A stretch of DNA of 63,983 bases, the filler included, from Octopus bimaculoides (lineage: Eukaryota), in NCBI RefSeq assembly GCF_001194135.2. It is 6 parts of 4 records of this genome, joined end to end, with 100 filler letters (N's around TTAATTAATTAA, not from the genome) between each part and the next. Parts side by side here need not be neighbours in the genome. Positions count along the whole stretch, not along the records: positions 1 to 6,337 come from NC_069010.1; positions 6,438 to 13,128 come from NC_068988.1; 4 more parts are not named here. One strand, written 5' to 3'. The notes beneath the pieces are model-generated. The model was not told the DNA's origin. It saw only the letters and a program-made list of their open reading frames with translations, and made no database searches. Below, piece after piece: positions 1 through 12,250 of this stretch. The translations under genes were made by a program, and so were the position numbers. The first letter of the stretch is position 1. Every line of letters starts with the position of its first letter.

Positions 1-44
<44 letters not shown>

Positions 45-48
<4 letters not shown>

Positions 49-140
49 TCAAAAAAGGAAAAAGACAAAAAAACAACAACAAAAAACAACGTGAGGATGT
101 GATACAGATTGTGTTACTAGACGCTCGGGAAAGGAAAGGG
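45..140 (-). mobile_element. Fragment of a Penelope-like pLTR-type repeat next to (TA)n
   Basis: Shares 'tagacgctcgggaaa'/'taacgctcggaaa' and overall layout with the 14540-14720 repeat; ends where the Tc1/mariner remnant starts. Strand taken from the 14540 copy. Confidence 0.35.
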
Positions 141-375
141 CATAGTGGATATATTATCTCAATTACGCAAGAAATTAAAATAATTCTGACATCTCATTTT
201 AACAGATATATACTTACCAAAATTACATAAAAATATCTTGAAATACAAAGAAATAAACTTATTCAATAAAATCACCATTGACTTCAACTACGGCCTCCAG
301 ATGACTTCGCAATCTCCTGCAACACTTTCTGGACAGTCCCCTTGTTTAAGTTGGTGAATGCTGCCATAATCCAGA
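141..375 (-). mobile_element. Tc1/mariner transposase C-terminal remnant plus 3' end
   Basis: Minus strand reads WIMAAFTNLNKGTVQK, then frameshifts to CRRLRSHLEAVVEVNGDFIE*. This matches the typical Tc1/mariner C-terminal helix ending in (G)GxFE-like residues. Confidence 0.65.
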
Positions 376-960
376 TTTTTAGGCTGTTAGGTGACTGGCT
401 GGTTTCTTGAAGTTGGTGTTGCAGATCATTAAGTCATTCGCATCACAGAACTCCAGAAGCCTTGTTCTCTCCTCATTTCGGTGACCGATTCCATGTCCTG
501 CCTCCCACTGCATGTACTCCATGGAAGACACTTGGGTGCTGCCTGACATGTCCATTGAAATCACCAGCCATGAAGATAAGGTCACCGTCATTTGTCTTTG
601 AGGTAACCTGCAGAAGAATTTGGCGGACCGATTTGGGTGACATAGGCAGAGATGATTTTTGCTGTGCAACTCAGCAAAACTAGTCTCAGCTTAAGTACCC
701 TATCACATACTCAGACTACCTCAGTCACTTTATTGACACATTTCTCTGCTAAAAGTATGTCCACACACCCTATCCCATTACTGTTGCCCTTCCAGAATTT
801 ATACCTATGCTTCTTGCCTGTGAGGAACTGGGCTGAAGCTTCCCTCCACCTTACTTCGTGAATGCAACACACATCAACATGTCTCCGTTCAAGTATTTCA
901 ACAGACCTACCTTTCAATGTGCCTTCCCTGACAGTGCCAACTCTGAGGGAATGTACAGGG
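376..960 (-). mobile_element. RTE-clade LINE, apurinic endonuclease domain fragment (frameshifted)
   Basis: LRVGT..GTLKGRS..ILERRHVDVCCIHEVRW and GHGIGHRNEERTRLLEFCDANDLMICNTNFKKPASHL are APE-domain motifs of RTE LINEs. Confidence 0.85.
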
Positions 961-1109
961 AGGGAGGAGAAACTGCAGCTTTCTGCATCTGAAAAGAAGG
1001 TTCTAATGAACATTTGCCAACAGACATGTCATCACAGTTGTCCTTGTATTTAATCTATCATCATTCATGTTATACTTGGCTGCCTCCACTGGGAGTGGGT
1101 GCTATACAA

Positions 1110-1345
1110 GCATCATCATTTAATGTCCATTGTCAATGCTGGCATGGGTTGGACGGTTTGACCAGGGCTGGCAAGCTGGGGAGCTGCACCAGACTCCAGT
1201 CTGAGTTGGCATTGTCTCTATGGCTGGATGCCTTTCCTAACCAACCACTTTTACAGAGTGTGTTGGATGATCTCATGTGGCACTGCACAAGCATTTTTAC
1301 ATGGCACCACACGTGCACTTTTATGTGGCACTGCCACGAGTGCGG
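1110..1345 (-). mobile_element. Degenerate RTE LINE 3' UTR copy
   Basis: Similar to 3103-3338: catcatcat-ttaa..catgggttggacg..ctggatgcc(c/t)ttcctaa. Confidence 0.6.
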
Positions 1346-2029
1346 TACACCACCAGAGAGACCAGTCTAAGCACTCCTGCTGTGGAGTGCAGGTTATTAG
1401 TACAGGAAATGTTGGTTCAGGTACAAGTAAAAACAACAAAAAAAAGAAGCTAACTGGTTAATTATTGCTACTTCTCTTGTAAGTGGATGTTATATTCCAC
1501 CATTATTACAAGCAATATCAGAACAAATACAGTTAAATAAATAAGATTAAGGTAATAGATTCATTATATATATATAATTAATTGGCTAATTAATTAACTG
1601 AGTAATAGAAGTGAGTACAGCATTTAGTTTTGTTTTCTTTCGAGCAAAGTAACAGGCTACAGTGTTTGTACTGCAGCCATGGTGAGAGCAGGAAGGGGGT
1701 CCAGTATAGGTGGTGGGGAAGGAAAGGGCGGGAGTTCTAGTATAGATGGTAGAGTTTCCAGTATAGGTAGTAGGGGTGGGAAAAGATGGGTGCATTGTGG
1801 ATAAGAAAACATCAAAGTGTCTTCAGGGCCATGGCAGTAATGCAGAGAAGGGGCAACTTTGACTTTACAGAGTGACAAAAAGGAAAGACAGAGCAAGTTG
1901 AAGTTGATGGCATAAGAGAGCATCCTTCATCTTCTGTTTCCCCACATGTGGCACCAATCTGGTATCACATGTGGCACTGGAATTTTCTTTCATATTTGCT
2001 ATTGCCTCTTGCATATTTGGTTACTCTTT

Positions 2030-2465
2030 TACACTTTTACTTGTTTCAGTCATTTTGACTGCGGCCATGCTGGAGCACCGCCTTTATAGTCGAGCAAATC
2101 GACCCCAGGACTTATTCTTTGGAAGCCTAGTACTTATTCTATCGATCTCTTTTGCCGAACCGCTAAGTTACAGGGATGTAAACACACCAGCATCAGTTGT
2201 CAAGCGATGTTGGAGGGCGCAAACATAGACACACAAACATATACACTCACACACACACATACACACACACACATACACACACACACATACACATATATAT
2301 ACGACGGGCTTCTTCCAGTTTCCATCTACCAAATCCACTCACAAGGCTTTGGTCGGCCCGAGGCTATAGTAGAAGACACTTGTCCAAGGTGCCACGCAGT
2401 GGGACTGAAACCCGGAATCACGTGGTTCGTAAGCAGCTACTTACCACACAGCCACTCCTGCGCCT
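2030..2465 (-). mobile_element. Full-length tRNA-derived SINE (family A, central CA microsatellite)
   Basis: Minus-strand head has an A-box (TGGCTGTGTGG) and B-box-like (GGGTTTCAGTCCC), plus a central (CA)n and an AAGAGT-type tail. Many related copies occur in the window. Confidence 0.9.
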
Positions 2466-2679
2466 GGTTGGTTAGGATTCAATGGATGTGTATGCTCACT
2501 NNNNNNNNNNNNNNNNNNNNNNNNNNNNNNNNNNNNNNNNNNNNNNNNNNNNNNNNNNNNNNNNNNNNNNNNNNNNNNNNNNNNNNNNNNNNNNNNNNNN
2601 TCCGGGTTCAGTCCCACTGCGTGGCACCTTGGGCAAGTGTCTTCTACGTACGTTGTTGTGTTGTTACTGCATCGTCCCT

Positions 2680-3043
2680 CTATACATCTTATACTATAGA
2701 CTACATTTCTGGCTGTACAGTTTGTTTGTGGGCTAAATCGACGTACGTAGGGGAAACGGCATGGAGCCTAGGAGAGTGGGTAAATGAACATTGGAGGGAA
2801 CTTAAGGAAGGGAAGAGCTCATCAGTTCTGTACCAGCACGTTGAGCAGGAACACGGAGGTTCAATCAACAACATAGAAGTTAAAATCTTGTCCACACATA
2901 GAACAGACGCAACGCTTAGACAAATTACAGAAGCTACACACATAATAGAAGATAAACCTAGTATGAATAGGAAACTGGAATGGAACACTAGCACAAACCC
3001 CCAACACACCACAACATATGACAATAAAATTCCCATAAACTGA
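2680..3043 (+). mobile_element. Penelope-like element GIY-YIG endonuclease C-terminal fragment
   Basis: CTVC...YVGETAWSLGEWVNEH...SVLYQHVEQEH...VKILSTH..DATLRQITEATHI...PSMNRKLEW matches the PLE GIY-YIG layout (CxxC, Y-GET-R-ER-EH, H..H, E, N). It is followed by an A-rich 3' region ending in a hammerhead motif. Confidence 0.8.
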
Positions 3044-3102
3044 TAACAATATAAACAAAATATAATACAATATACAGATAAACAAATGGAATTAAATAAC
3101 TA

Positions 3103-4090
3103 TATCATCATCATCATCATCGTTTAACGTCCGCTTTCCATGCTAGCATGGGTTGGACGATTTGACTGAGGACTGGTGAAACCGGATGGCAACACCAGGC
3201 TCCAGTCTGATTTGGCAGAGTTTCTACAGCTGGATGCCCTTCCTAACGCCAACCACTCAGAGAGTGTAGTGGGTGCTTTTACGTGTCACCCGCACGAAAA
3301 CGGCCACGCTCGAAATGGTGTCTTTTATGTGCCACCCGNNNNNNNNNNNNNNNNNNNNNNNNNNNNNNNNNNNNNNNNNNNNNNNNNNNNNNNNNNNNNN
3401 NNNNNNNNNNNNNNNNNNNNNNNNNNNNNNNNNNNNNNNNNNNNNNNNNNNNNNNNNNNNNNNNNNNNNNNNNNNNNNNNNNNNNNNNNNNNNNNNNNNN
3501 NNNNNNNNNNNNNNNNNNNNNNNNNNNNNNNNNNNNNNNNNNNNNNNNNNNNNNNNNNNNNNNNNNNNNNNNNNNNNNNNNNNNNNNNNNNNNNNNNNNN
3601 NNNNNNNNNNNNNNNNNNNNNNNNNNNNNNNNNNNNNNNNNNNNNNNNNNNNNNNNNNNNNNNNNNNNNNNNNNNNNNNNNNNNNNNNNNNNNNNNNNNN
3701 NNNNNNNNNNNNNNNNNNNNNNNNNNNNNNNNNNNNNNNNNNNNNNNNNNNNNNNNNNNNNNNNNNNNNCTTCTCACGCACAGCACATTTCCAAAGGTCT
3801 CGGTCAGTAGTCATCGCCTCGGTGAGGCCCAATGTACGAAGGTCTTGCCTCACCACCTCAGCCCAGGTCTTCCTGAGCCTACCTCTTCCACGGGTTCCCT
3901 CAACTGTTAGGGTGTGGCACTTTTTCACGCAGCTATCCTCATCCATTCTCACCACATGTCCATACCAGCGCAATCGTCTCTCTTGCACACCACAACTGAT
4001 GCTTCTAATGTTCAGCTTTTCTCTCAAGATACTTACACTCTGACGGGTATTCACATTGACATTACGCATCCAACGGAGCATACTGGCTTC
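3103..4090 (-). mobile_element. 5'-truncated RTE LINE (RT C-terminus, 3' UTR, (GAT)n tail), gap inside
   Basis: EASMLRWM...LREKLNIRSISCGVQERRLRWYGHVVRM...GTRGRGRLRKTWAEVVRQDL...DRDLWK is the RTE ORF C-terminus; the tail is at 3103-3121. Inserted into the PLE 3' region. Confidence 0.9.
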
Positions 4091-4383
4091 ATTACATACG
4101 TTAACAAAATTAAATGAAATACAAAAACAAAGAATAGAAAAAATTATAATAAGTAGGTAAAAACACATAAACAAACAAATAAAAACAAATTAAACGGACA
4201 TGTATAAACAGGGGATACAGATAATACAGGCACCCCCCCATGCACACACATACACTTACTAAACATAGACACACATAGGGGGATACGCATGTGCAAATAA
4301 AAACACATACAATAAGAATACAAAATACAAAATGGCTGATCATTAGCAAGGAGGGACACACAAATAAGAAAGAAGAAAGCAAA

Positions 4384-4428
4384 GGACCACTGATGATGTC
4401 ACAGAAGTGTGACGAAAGAACTCTGGCC
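4384..4428 (+). ncRNA. Type I hammerhead ribozyme motif (PLE-associated)
   Basis: CTGATGA 4390-4396, extra T, helix II GTCACA/TGTGAC with GAAG loop, GAAA 4414-4417, 2-bp helix III (AG-aa-CT), CUC triplet, helix I GG(A)CCA/TGGCC. Confidence 0.7.
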
Positions 4429-4624
4429 GAAATACAATTAATGTAATATAAAGCTGAAGCAAATTAACACCAAATATATAGTGATGATGGTGGTGGTGGT
4501 GGTGTCCAATGACAGAAACAAGTGGAAAATAAAAGAAAATATAAACCCTTTGCAAAAAGGCAGAGATGATCATGGTTGCTCGGCAATGGTTGACCTGGAG
4601 CTCAAATTCTCCACCACCACCACC

Positions 4625-4658
<34 letters not shown>

Positions 4659-4744
4659 TCACTACTACCGTCGTCATCATCATCATCATCATCCTCATCA
4701 CAACCATAATATGTTTTTTTCTTTTTCTCTTTTCATTCTGACAG

Positions 4745-4839
4745 GGGTCAATATAATAACCCGCACAATGGCTAAAGCAGCTGTCCCCACCCAAGAAATA
4801 ACGGTCAATGGGGACGAGTGGTACATCAAGACATCGACG
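4745..4839 (+). CDS. FABP: Fatty acid-binding protein (iLBP family), exon 2, 3' end lost in assembly gap
   Basis: Pyrimidine tract plus acag acceptor ending at 4744, phase 1. Encodes GVNIITRTMAKAAVPTQEITVNGDEWYIKTST, matching FABP exon 2 (GV.FATR......P...I...GD...IKT.ST). Confidence 0.9.
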
Positions 4840-5387
4840 NNNNNNNNNNNNNNNNNNNNNNNNNNNNNNNNNNNNNNNNNNNNNNNNNNNNNNNNNNNNN
4901 NNNNNNNNNNNNNNNNNNNNNNNNNNNNNNNNNNNNNNNNNNNNNNNNNNNNNNNNNNNNNNNNNNNNNNNNNNNNNNNNNNNNNNNNNNNNNNNNNNNN
5001 NNNNNNNNNNNNNNNNNNNNNNNNNNNNNNNNNNNNNNNNNNNNNNNNNNNNNNNNNNNNNNNNNNNNNNNNNNNNNNNNNNNNNNNNNNNNNNNNNNNN
5101 NNNNNNNNNNNNNNNNNNNNNNNNNNNNNNNNNNNNNNNNNNNNNNNNNNNNNNNNNNNNNNNNNNNNNNNNNNNNNNNNNNNNNNNNNNNNNNNNNNNN
5201 NNNNNNNNNNNNNNNNNNNNNNNNNNNNNNNNNNNNNNNNNNNNNNNNNNNNNNNNNNNNNNNNNNNNNNNNNNNNNNNNNNNNNNNNNNNNNNNNNNNN
5301 NNNNNNNNNNNNNNNNNNNNNNNNNNNNNNNNNNNNNNNNNNNNNNNNNNNNNNNNNNNNNNNNNNNNNNNNNNNNNNNNNNNNNNT

Positions 5388-5630
5388 TAAGGTCCGCTTT
5401 CCATGCTAGCATGGGTTGGACGATTTGACTGAGGACTGGTGAAACCAGATGGCTGCACCAGGCTCCAATCTAAATTTGGCAGAGTTTCTACAGCTGGATG
5501 CCCTTCCTAACGCCAACCACTCCGAGAGTGTAGTGGGTGCTCTTTTTACGTGCCACCGGCACGAGGGCCAGTCTGGCAGTATTGACAACGACCGCACTCA
5601 AAAGGTGTATTTTACGTGCCACCTGCATGG
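5388..5630 (-). mobile_element. RTE LINE 3' UTR copy in FABP intron 2
   Basis: Near-identical to 3125-3300. Confidence 0.8.
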
Positions 5631-5697
5631 GAGGCGGTGCTCCAGCACGGCCGCAGTCAAATGACTGAAACAAGTAAAAGAGTAAAAAGTAAAGAGG
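5631..5697 (+). mobile_element. SINE family A 3' tail fragment
   Basis: ggcggtgctccagcacggccgcagtcaaatgactgaaacaagtaaaagag is the reverse complement of 2030-2085. Confidence 0.75.
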
Positions 5698-5974
5698 TAT
5701 CAACTTATCAATAATGATGATGATCTTCATCATCATGGTGTCCATGATGACAATGACGACAATAAGGGTGATGGTGATGATGATGATGATGATGGCGATA
5801 TTGTTCATGTAGTTGTTGTTGTTTGTGGTGGTGGTGTTGGTGGTGGTGGCAACATCAATGTAGATGGTAACGATGGTGGTGGTGATTGATGATTGATGAT
5901 TGATGATTGATGATTGATGATTAATATTAGTTTTTTTTTTCCTCTCTCTTTTTAAAATTCCTTTGTCTGTGAAG

Positions 5975-6073
5975 ACGACCTGCACAGTTGATGGCAACAC
6001 CCTGATCCAAGACCAGAAAGGGTCACACGACAGCATACTAAAGAGGGAACTAAAAGATGACAAAATGGTGATG
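5975..6073 (+). CDS. FABP: Fatty acid-binding protein exon 3
   Basis: Acceptor ...tgtgaag at 5974 and donor GTGAGT at 6074; 99 nt, phase 0/0. Encodes TTCTVDGNTLIQDQKGSHDSILKRELKDDKMVM, matching FABP exon 3. Confidence 0.9.
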
Positions 6074-6089
6074 GTGAGTCTCTGGAATG

Positions 6090-6337
6090 AATTTTTTTAC
6101 TGAAAAACCATTCTTTTTGAAGGGGTTAGAAAAGATTGTCTTGAAGGACCAGAAGAAAAAACTGGTTTAAAGGAATTAGAAAGACTGTTTTAAGGGGCCA
6201 GAAAAAAAAAACTGGTTTAAAGGGATTGAAAAAACTGCTTTAAAGGGATTAGAAAGACTGTTTTAAGGGGCCAGGAAAAAGGCTTTTAAAGGATCAGAAA
6301 ATGTATTAAAGAGAGTTAGAAAAATTGCTCCTGGATT
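6090..6337. repeat. Degenerate ~21-bp minisatellite in FABP intron 3
   Basis: About 11 diverged units of agaaagactgttttaaggg(gcc/att), running into a gap. Confidence 0.7.
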
Positions 6338-6437
6338 NNNNNNNNNNNNNNNNNNNNNNNNNNNNNNNNNNNNNNNNNNNNTTAATTAATTAANNNNNNN
6401 NNNNNNNNNNNNNNNNNNNNNNNNNNNNNNNNNNNNN
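6338..6437. other. Artificial 100-bp assembly spacer N44-TTAATTAATTAA-N44
   Basis: Exact counts 44+12+44; the linker has stops in all six frames. Confidence 0.95.
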
Positions 6438-7639
6438 ATATATATATATATATATATATACATATATATATTCATATATATATATATACAATATATGTAT
6501 GTGTATGTATGTGCGTGTATATATATATATACACTTACACACACACACACACACACATACACATACACGCACATACACATATGTGAAGTTCGTTTTTCGC
6601 TCCTAAACATTTTCTCGAAATTGTCTTCTTATTGAATTCTTTTAACTGTATTGTTCACGACCTTCTCTCTATCAGATGACTACATTGAACTGACTGGCTG
6701 CTGGTTTCTATTGTAATCTCTAGAACAGGAAGAAATGGTCTTTTTATTTCCAATTTGACCTCAACTGAAGGTCTTTTCATTCAACTGTGTTTCTGTGCAT
6801 ATATATATGTGTCTAGCAATACTAGTGTATGTACGTGTGATTTCGCACATAAATTTAGAATCTATGTATATGCTTTCCTTTTACTGTTATCAGTCATCTG
6901 GTTCTGACCATGCTGGGGCACTGCCATTACCTTTTTTCAACTGAATCTCAGTATTTAAGGATGGTGAGAGTATGGTCCTGCCATAGTGTAGGTTCTCTTG
7001 CTGAGATGTAAGTTTGTCAGAGTTGACTGAGATTTCTGGTGATACAAAGATCTCAAAAGGACTGTTCCTTCCAGCAAAGCAGATTCCTGATAGTGATCTA
7101 ATTTGCATTCTCCACCCCTTGCAGTGACTCTCACTCACAACTATGAGGTCTTGGGTTCAGTCCTACAAGTGTCTTTTATTTTAGCCCAGGGCTGACCAAT
7201 GGATTGTAAGTTGATTTAGTTGATAGAAAGTGGAAAAGTCTGCCGTGTGTGTGTGTATCTGATTTTGTGTGTGTATATATGTCTCTGTATGTGTCTGTAT
7301 ATGTGTATATCTGTGTGTATGTGTGTCTGTGTGTGTGTGACTTTTTGCATGCATCCTTTGTCTTGGCATTACACAGTAGTTGTAAATGAGCATCACCGTC
7401 AAATAGCAATGTCATTCTTTTCCAGTCTTCTGTAAAAGACATGGACATTGCCATAAGAAAATATTACTTTGCTTGGAAACAGTTGAAGGTTGGTGACTGG
7501 AAGAGAATCTAGCTGTAAAATATTTGTCTCTGCCAGCATGGATAAATGGATGTTAAATGATGGTAATGATATATTAAGCATGTATATCTGTGGACAGATG
7601 TGACACCAAGTCATTCTATCAGAATTTAAAGGTGTTTTT

Positions 7640-8760
7640 GGACCTGTGTCTGGTGACTCAAGTCCCATATTTTCAATTGAAGGTAATCTTCTGACAGACA
7701 AAAAGGAGATCACGAAGCACTAGGCAGAGCATTTTTCAAATGTTCTGAATATGGACTCAATTGTTGATGAAGAACTGATCAACGACCTACCCCAGAAGCT
7801 GAGATAAAAAAAGGCCATAAAACAGCTTCAGGAAAAAGCTTGTGAGCACAACTGAAACCTTTTTTGTCATTTTTGTAGATCTAAGTAAAGCTTTCGACAC
7901 TGTAACTTGGGATGCTCTTTGGGTTGTGGGTCCAATGGTGCTAAAATGGATAAAGAAATTGAGCCCAGAATCAGGCAGGCTGGCTCTGCTTTCAGTAAGC
8001 TTTATCACAGGATTTGGAACAGCCATGACATATCGTTGAAAGTGAAAGTCAATGTATATAAGTTGGTAGTCTTGACAACATTGCTTTATGGTGCTGAATC
8101 TTGGACTCTGTACTGAAAGCAGATCAACCCGCTTGACGCTTTTCATATGTGATGCTTGCATACTTTTTCCAACATAAAACCATGTGACTATATTCATAAC
8201 AGTGAGGTACTTACAAAATGCAACATATCAGATATTGAAGCCATCCTCATCAAAGTACAGCTTTGATGGTCAGGTCATCTCTTGCATATGAGTGATATCA
8301 GAATTCTGAAACAGCTTCTCTTTGGCCAATTCCCAACAGGAAGGTCAGTTGGAAGGCCACTCTTGCACTTCAAAGACAAACTAAAAGACAATCTGAAGTG
8401 AGGTAACATTCTCTTTTCCTCCCAGGTTAAAAGAAAAGCATCAGAATGCAGGACCTGGCACCAGGTCTGCTTCTCCTCTGTTCAAAGAATTGAGCAAAGT
8501 CAACTCCAACATCAGGACCAACTTTATGCAATCATGAAGGCATGCTGGCAAAACGCGGCTCCTCTAAATGGAAACCTTACCTGTCATTGTGGTTTTTTAG
8601 CACAAAGCAAAACAGGCCTTGTTGTCCACTCAAGAAAACACATAGTGAATGATCCATAAGCACTCAAGCAAACTAAGTCCTTAACTTGTTCCATTTGTCA
8701 AAATGTTTGCAAGGTACCAGCAGGCCTCAGGAGACACATTGGGGTCCATAGAACATGATT
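7640..8760 (+). mobile_element. RTE/BovB-like LINE remnant, internally deleted, with C-terminal C2H2-like fingers
   Basis: FVDLSKAFDTVTWDALW; EIEPRIRQAGSAFSKLYHRIWNSHDISLKVKVNVYKLVVLTTLLYGAESWTLY; degenerate WSGHL..M; CSICQNVC...GLRRHIGVH. Confidence 0.85.
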
Positions 8761-9684
8761 AACACCTTATTTTACTGAACCCTCATTAGTTGTTCACAAG
8801 AGAAACCATGATACCTATATAAATATTGTATTGTGTGTTTGTTTCTTCTTTCCATGTCATTTTATTTTTGGTCTTATATATAAATGAAGATGTTTCCTTT
8901 AATTTGCTGCTTTTCTTTACATAAAATGAGAAGATACTAATATTGCTTTTATTGCTAATAATTATTTTTTAATAAAATAGTTGACTATTTGTGACTTCAG
9001 AGTATCTGAAAATAATGTTGATATTCTATATATTGTAGCAGCAAAATTTGATGGGCATGTGGTGACTGGATACCTCCTACTGATGGTTTCCAGTAGAATG
9101 AAATCATGCGATATGGGAGTCTGAGCGACCATGAGAGACAATTCTCATCTGCTACAATCTATATGTGTGCTTTTATGCACCAAGTGTCTATATGAGAGGA
9201 TCGATCAAGGCTAATATTGCAACATTTATACATGCATGCATAATACATGGCATTTTGGCAAGTATCTTCTGCTGTCGCCTCAGACCGACCAAAGCCTAGT
9301 GAATGTATTTAGTAGATGGAAACGGAAAAAACGTTGTCGTGTGATTGCCCCCCCCCCTTATTCTTTAACAATTGTAACATCCCTGTAATTTAACAGTTTG
9401 GAGAAAGAAACTCGTAGAATAAGCACCTGGCTTTAACAAATAAATACTGTGGTTGATTTGTTTAACTAGAATTCTTCATGGCACAAAATATATAGATATG
9501 TATGTGTGTGTATACATACCTACATAGATACCTACATACATACATACATACACACACACATACATACATACGTACATACATACATACATACATACAAACA
9601 CATACGTACGTACATACATACATACATACATACATACATACATGCATACATACACACATACATACATACATGCATATATCAATC

Positions 9685-12250
9685 ACAAGTTTGCTTCCAA
9701 CCCACAAGCATTATACAGAGAGACGATGAAGGAAAATATTATCTTTAAGAAATATCCCACCCAAGAAAATCTACAATCATTCTGGTCAAAAATTTGGAAT
9801 GGAAAGAGGGATTTCAACCTGAATGCATCATGGTTAAATACAATTGAGAGAAAATACTGTACCAACACTAAAAGTAAAACATACAAAATTGATGCAGAAA
9901 CCTTTGCTATAGCAGTAGGCAAACTGCAGAATGGGAAGGCACCTGGAAGGGAGCTAATAGTTGGATTTTGGTACAAGAAGTTGACATTTTATAGAAACCA
10001 ATTGATATATATGTTCAAAAGGACTATGGAAGGTCAGATTGATATACTGAATTGGCTTGCTACAGCAAGGACAAATCTTGTTGCCAAAAATGAAATCACC
10101 AAAGTGGCAGGAAACTACAGGCCCATTGCTTGCCTAAACATTATGTACAAAGTGTACACAAGTTGCTTCAACCAATTCCTCCAGGACCATTGTGAGTTGA
10201 ACAACATTGTGACTGATGATCAGACAGGTCGAAATAAGGGAGTGGGGGTGGGGTGCCAAGCAACTTAATAAACAAAGCTGTACTGTCAGAAGTAAGAAAA
10301 CAACACAAAAACCTTGTGACAGTATGGCTTGACTATAAGAATGCATTCGACTCTACCCCTCATTCATGGCTGTTGAAGTGCCTACATCTGGCAAAGGTAC
10401 CTTGTAGCTTAATTGCTGCTATAGAGACACTCGCAAAGACATGGACAATTATTCTTACCCTTACAACTGAGAACAGAATAATTGTTTCTAATAGTATAGG
10501 CATTACAAAGGGAATATTCCAGGAGATGGTCTTTCTGTACTTCATTTCATGTTGGCACTGAATCCATTATGGTTACACGTTAGGATCTTCAACTGCCACA
10601 AATATCAATGTAACTCATAATTTCTTTGTAGATGACCTGAAGATTTATGCTAAAAGTATTAACAATTCCAAAAAACAACTGGAATTAGTAACATTTTCAG
10701 CTGATATAGGCATGGAATTTGTCCAAAAGAAATGTTCATATTTGGTTATACAATGAAGAAAGTCAGTCCTCTAAACCCCAAACTTGTACATCAACAGTCT
10801 CTCTATCTCCCCCATTCTACACAAAGAATGTTACAAGTACCCAGACATAGACGAAAATGTATAACATGAAGGCACTGTGAATAAAGATAGCATGACCCAA
10901 GAATATTACACCAGACTTAGGAAAATATGACAGTTGGAACTCTCCTCTTACAACAAAACAATATCCCACAATGCATTTGTTGTACCAGTGGTGATCCCAA
11001 CATTTGGGATATTTGATTAGTCTGTAGAGGAAATCCACTCCATAGATATCAAAACCTGCAAAATCCTGACAACAACTGGGGACTTCCACAGAAACAGTGA
11101 TGTTTACAGGCTCTACCTCAAAAGAAATGAAGGTGGTAGAGGCCTGAGATCAGTGCAGACAGTCTTTGAATGCTATATGGTATCACTCAAGCAGCACCTG
11201 CTAAACAACAGTAGCAAAAATGAATATATTAATGCAGTCCTGAAAAGTGAAGTGAGCAACATTGTACGTGTTGGCAGTCAACCCCTCAAGAAACACTCTC
11301 TTCCTGATGATCTCCTATACAGACCCAAAACAGTTGGGTTCTCTCACCTCAGAGAAGACCTGGATGGAAATCACTCAGCATACAAAAAAAAAAATGCCAC
11401 GCATGGATATGTTGCCTGGAAGCGTGAAGAAGACAGTAGAATTGACATGGAGCACAGCCTCTCTTGGACATAAGACCATTACATCACATCACACTTTAAA
11501 TACTATGCATTTGCAATCCAGGAACAGGAGATTGCCACAAAGTACCTGGTGGACAAGAGTGATGTTCTTGTAATCCCAAGTTGCAGCCACATGTATAGGC
11601 TATGTCATGTGATTAGCAGCTTTCCTAAAATGTTGTCACGGTATTACCTCCCTATAAGGCATGATGTTGTTGCTAAAACAATTTACAATGCCATCCTCAA
11701 AAAAAACTGTCCTGAAATGAACTTAGAAAATCCCTCTGTTATGGAATACATTCATAAACACCAACTCAGAGAATACTGGTGGAATAGTCTAATCAAAACT
11801 TCTGTCAAAATGTAAGCATAACAGACTTTTGTTTGGGAAAGAGGGGCAAAGGTATGTACCATCATAGAGGTTAGCTGCCCTGCAGATATAAATATCTCTT
11901 TGAAAATCAAAGGAAAAGAAGATATCTATGGACAACTGCTTCAAAACCTCTAGCTTCTATATCCAAACTATGAATTCATATTCATACCATTAATAATTGG
12001 AACACTAGGTTTTGTTAGTAAATGCTCAAAGGAGAATCTGGATAAACAAGGGTTTTTCAGAAAGAGAAACTGACCAGCTGATTTATACATTACAAGTCCA
12101 ATCTGTGAGTGGAACAGTAAATATATGCAAGACTTCTCTCAAGTTCCAAATGTGAATATGTCTGTGTTAACTACATCCCATAGATAGAGCCTTGTATCTT
12201 TGTTGAAAACTGGCTCTTTCCTCAGTGATAGATTTATAATAATTAAAAAA
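9685..12250 (+). mobile_element. 5'-truncated R4/Dong-type non-LTR retrotransposon (RT + restriction-like endonuclease), pseudogenised
   Basis: FWSKIW; KAPG; NYRPIACLNIMYK; WLDYKNAFDSTPHSWL; GIFQ; HNFFVDDLKIY; RLYLKRNEGGRGL; RHDVVAK; IIEVSCP..KEDIY..L; PIIIGTLG; split by stops and frameshifts. Confidence 0.85.

Noticed and set aside
2400-2465. tRNA gene
   Set aside because: A/B boxes belong to the SINE head; no complete cloverleaf.
6660-9060. Candidate FABP exon 4 after acceptor-like sites (~6675, ~9000)
   Set aside because: Phase-0 translations give MTTLN* and SI*, with no resemblance to the FABP C-terminal strands.
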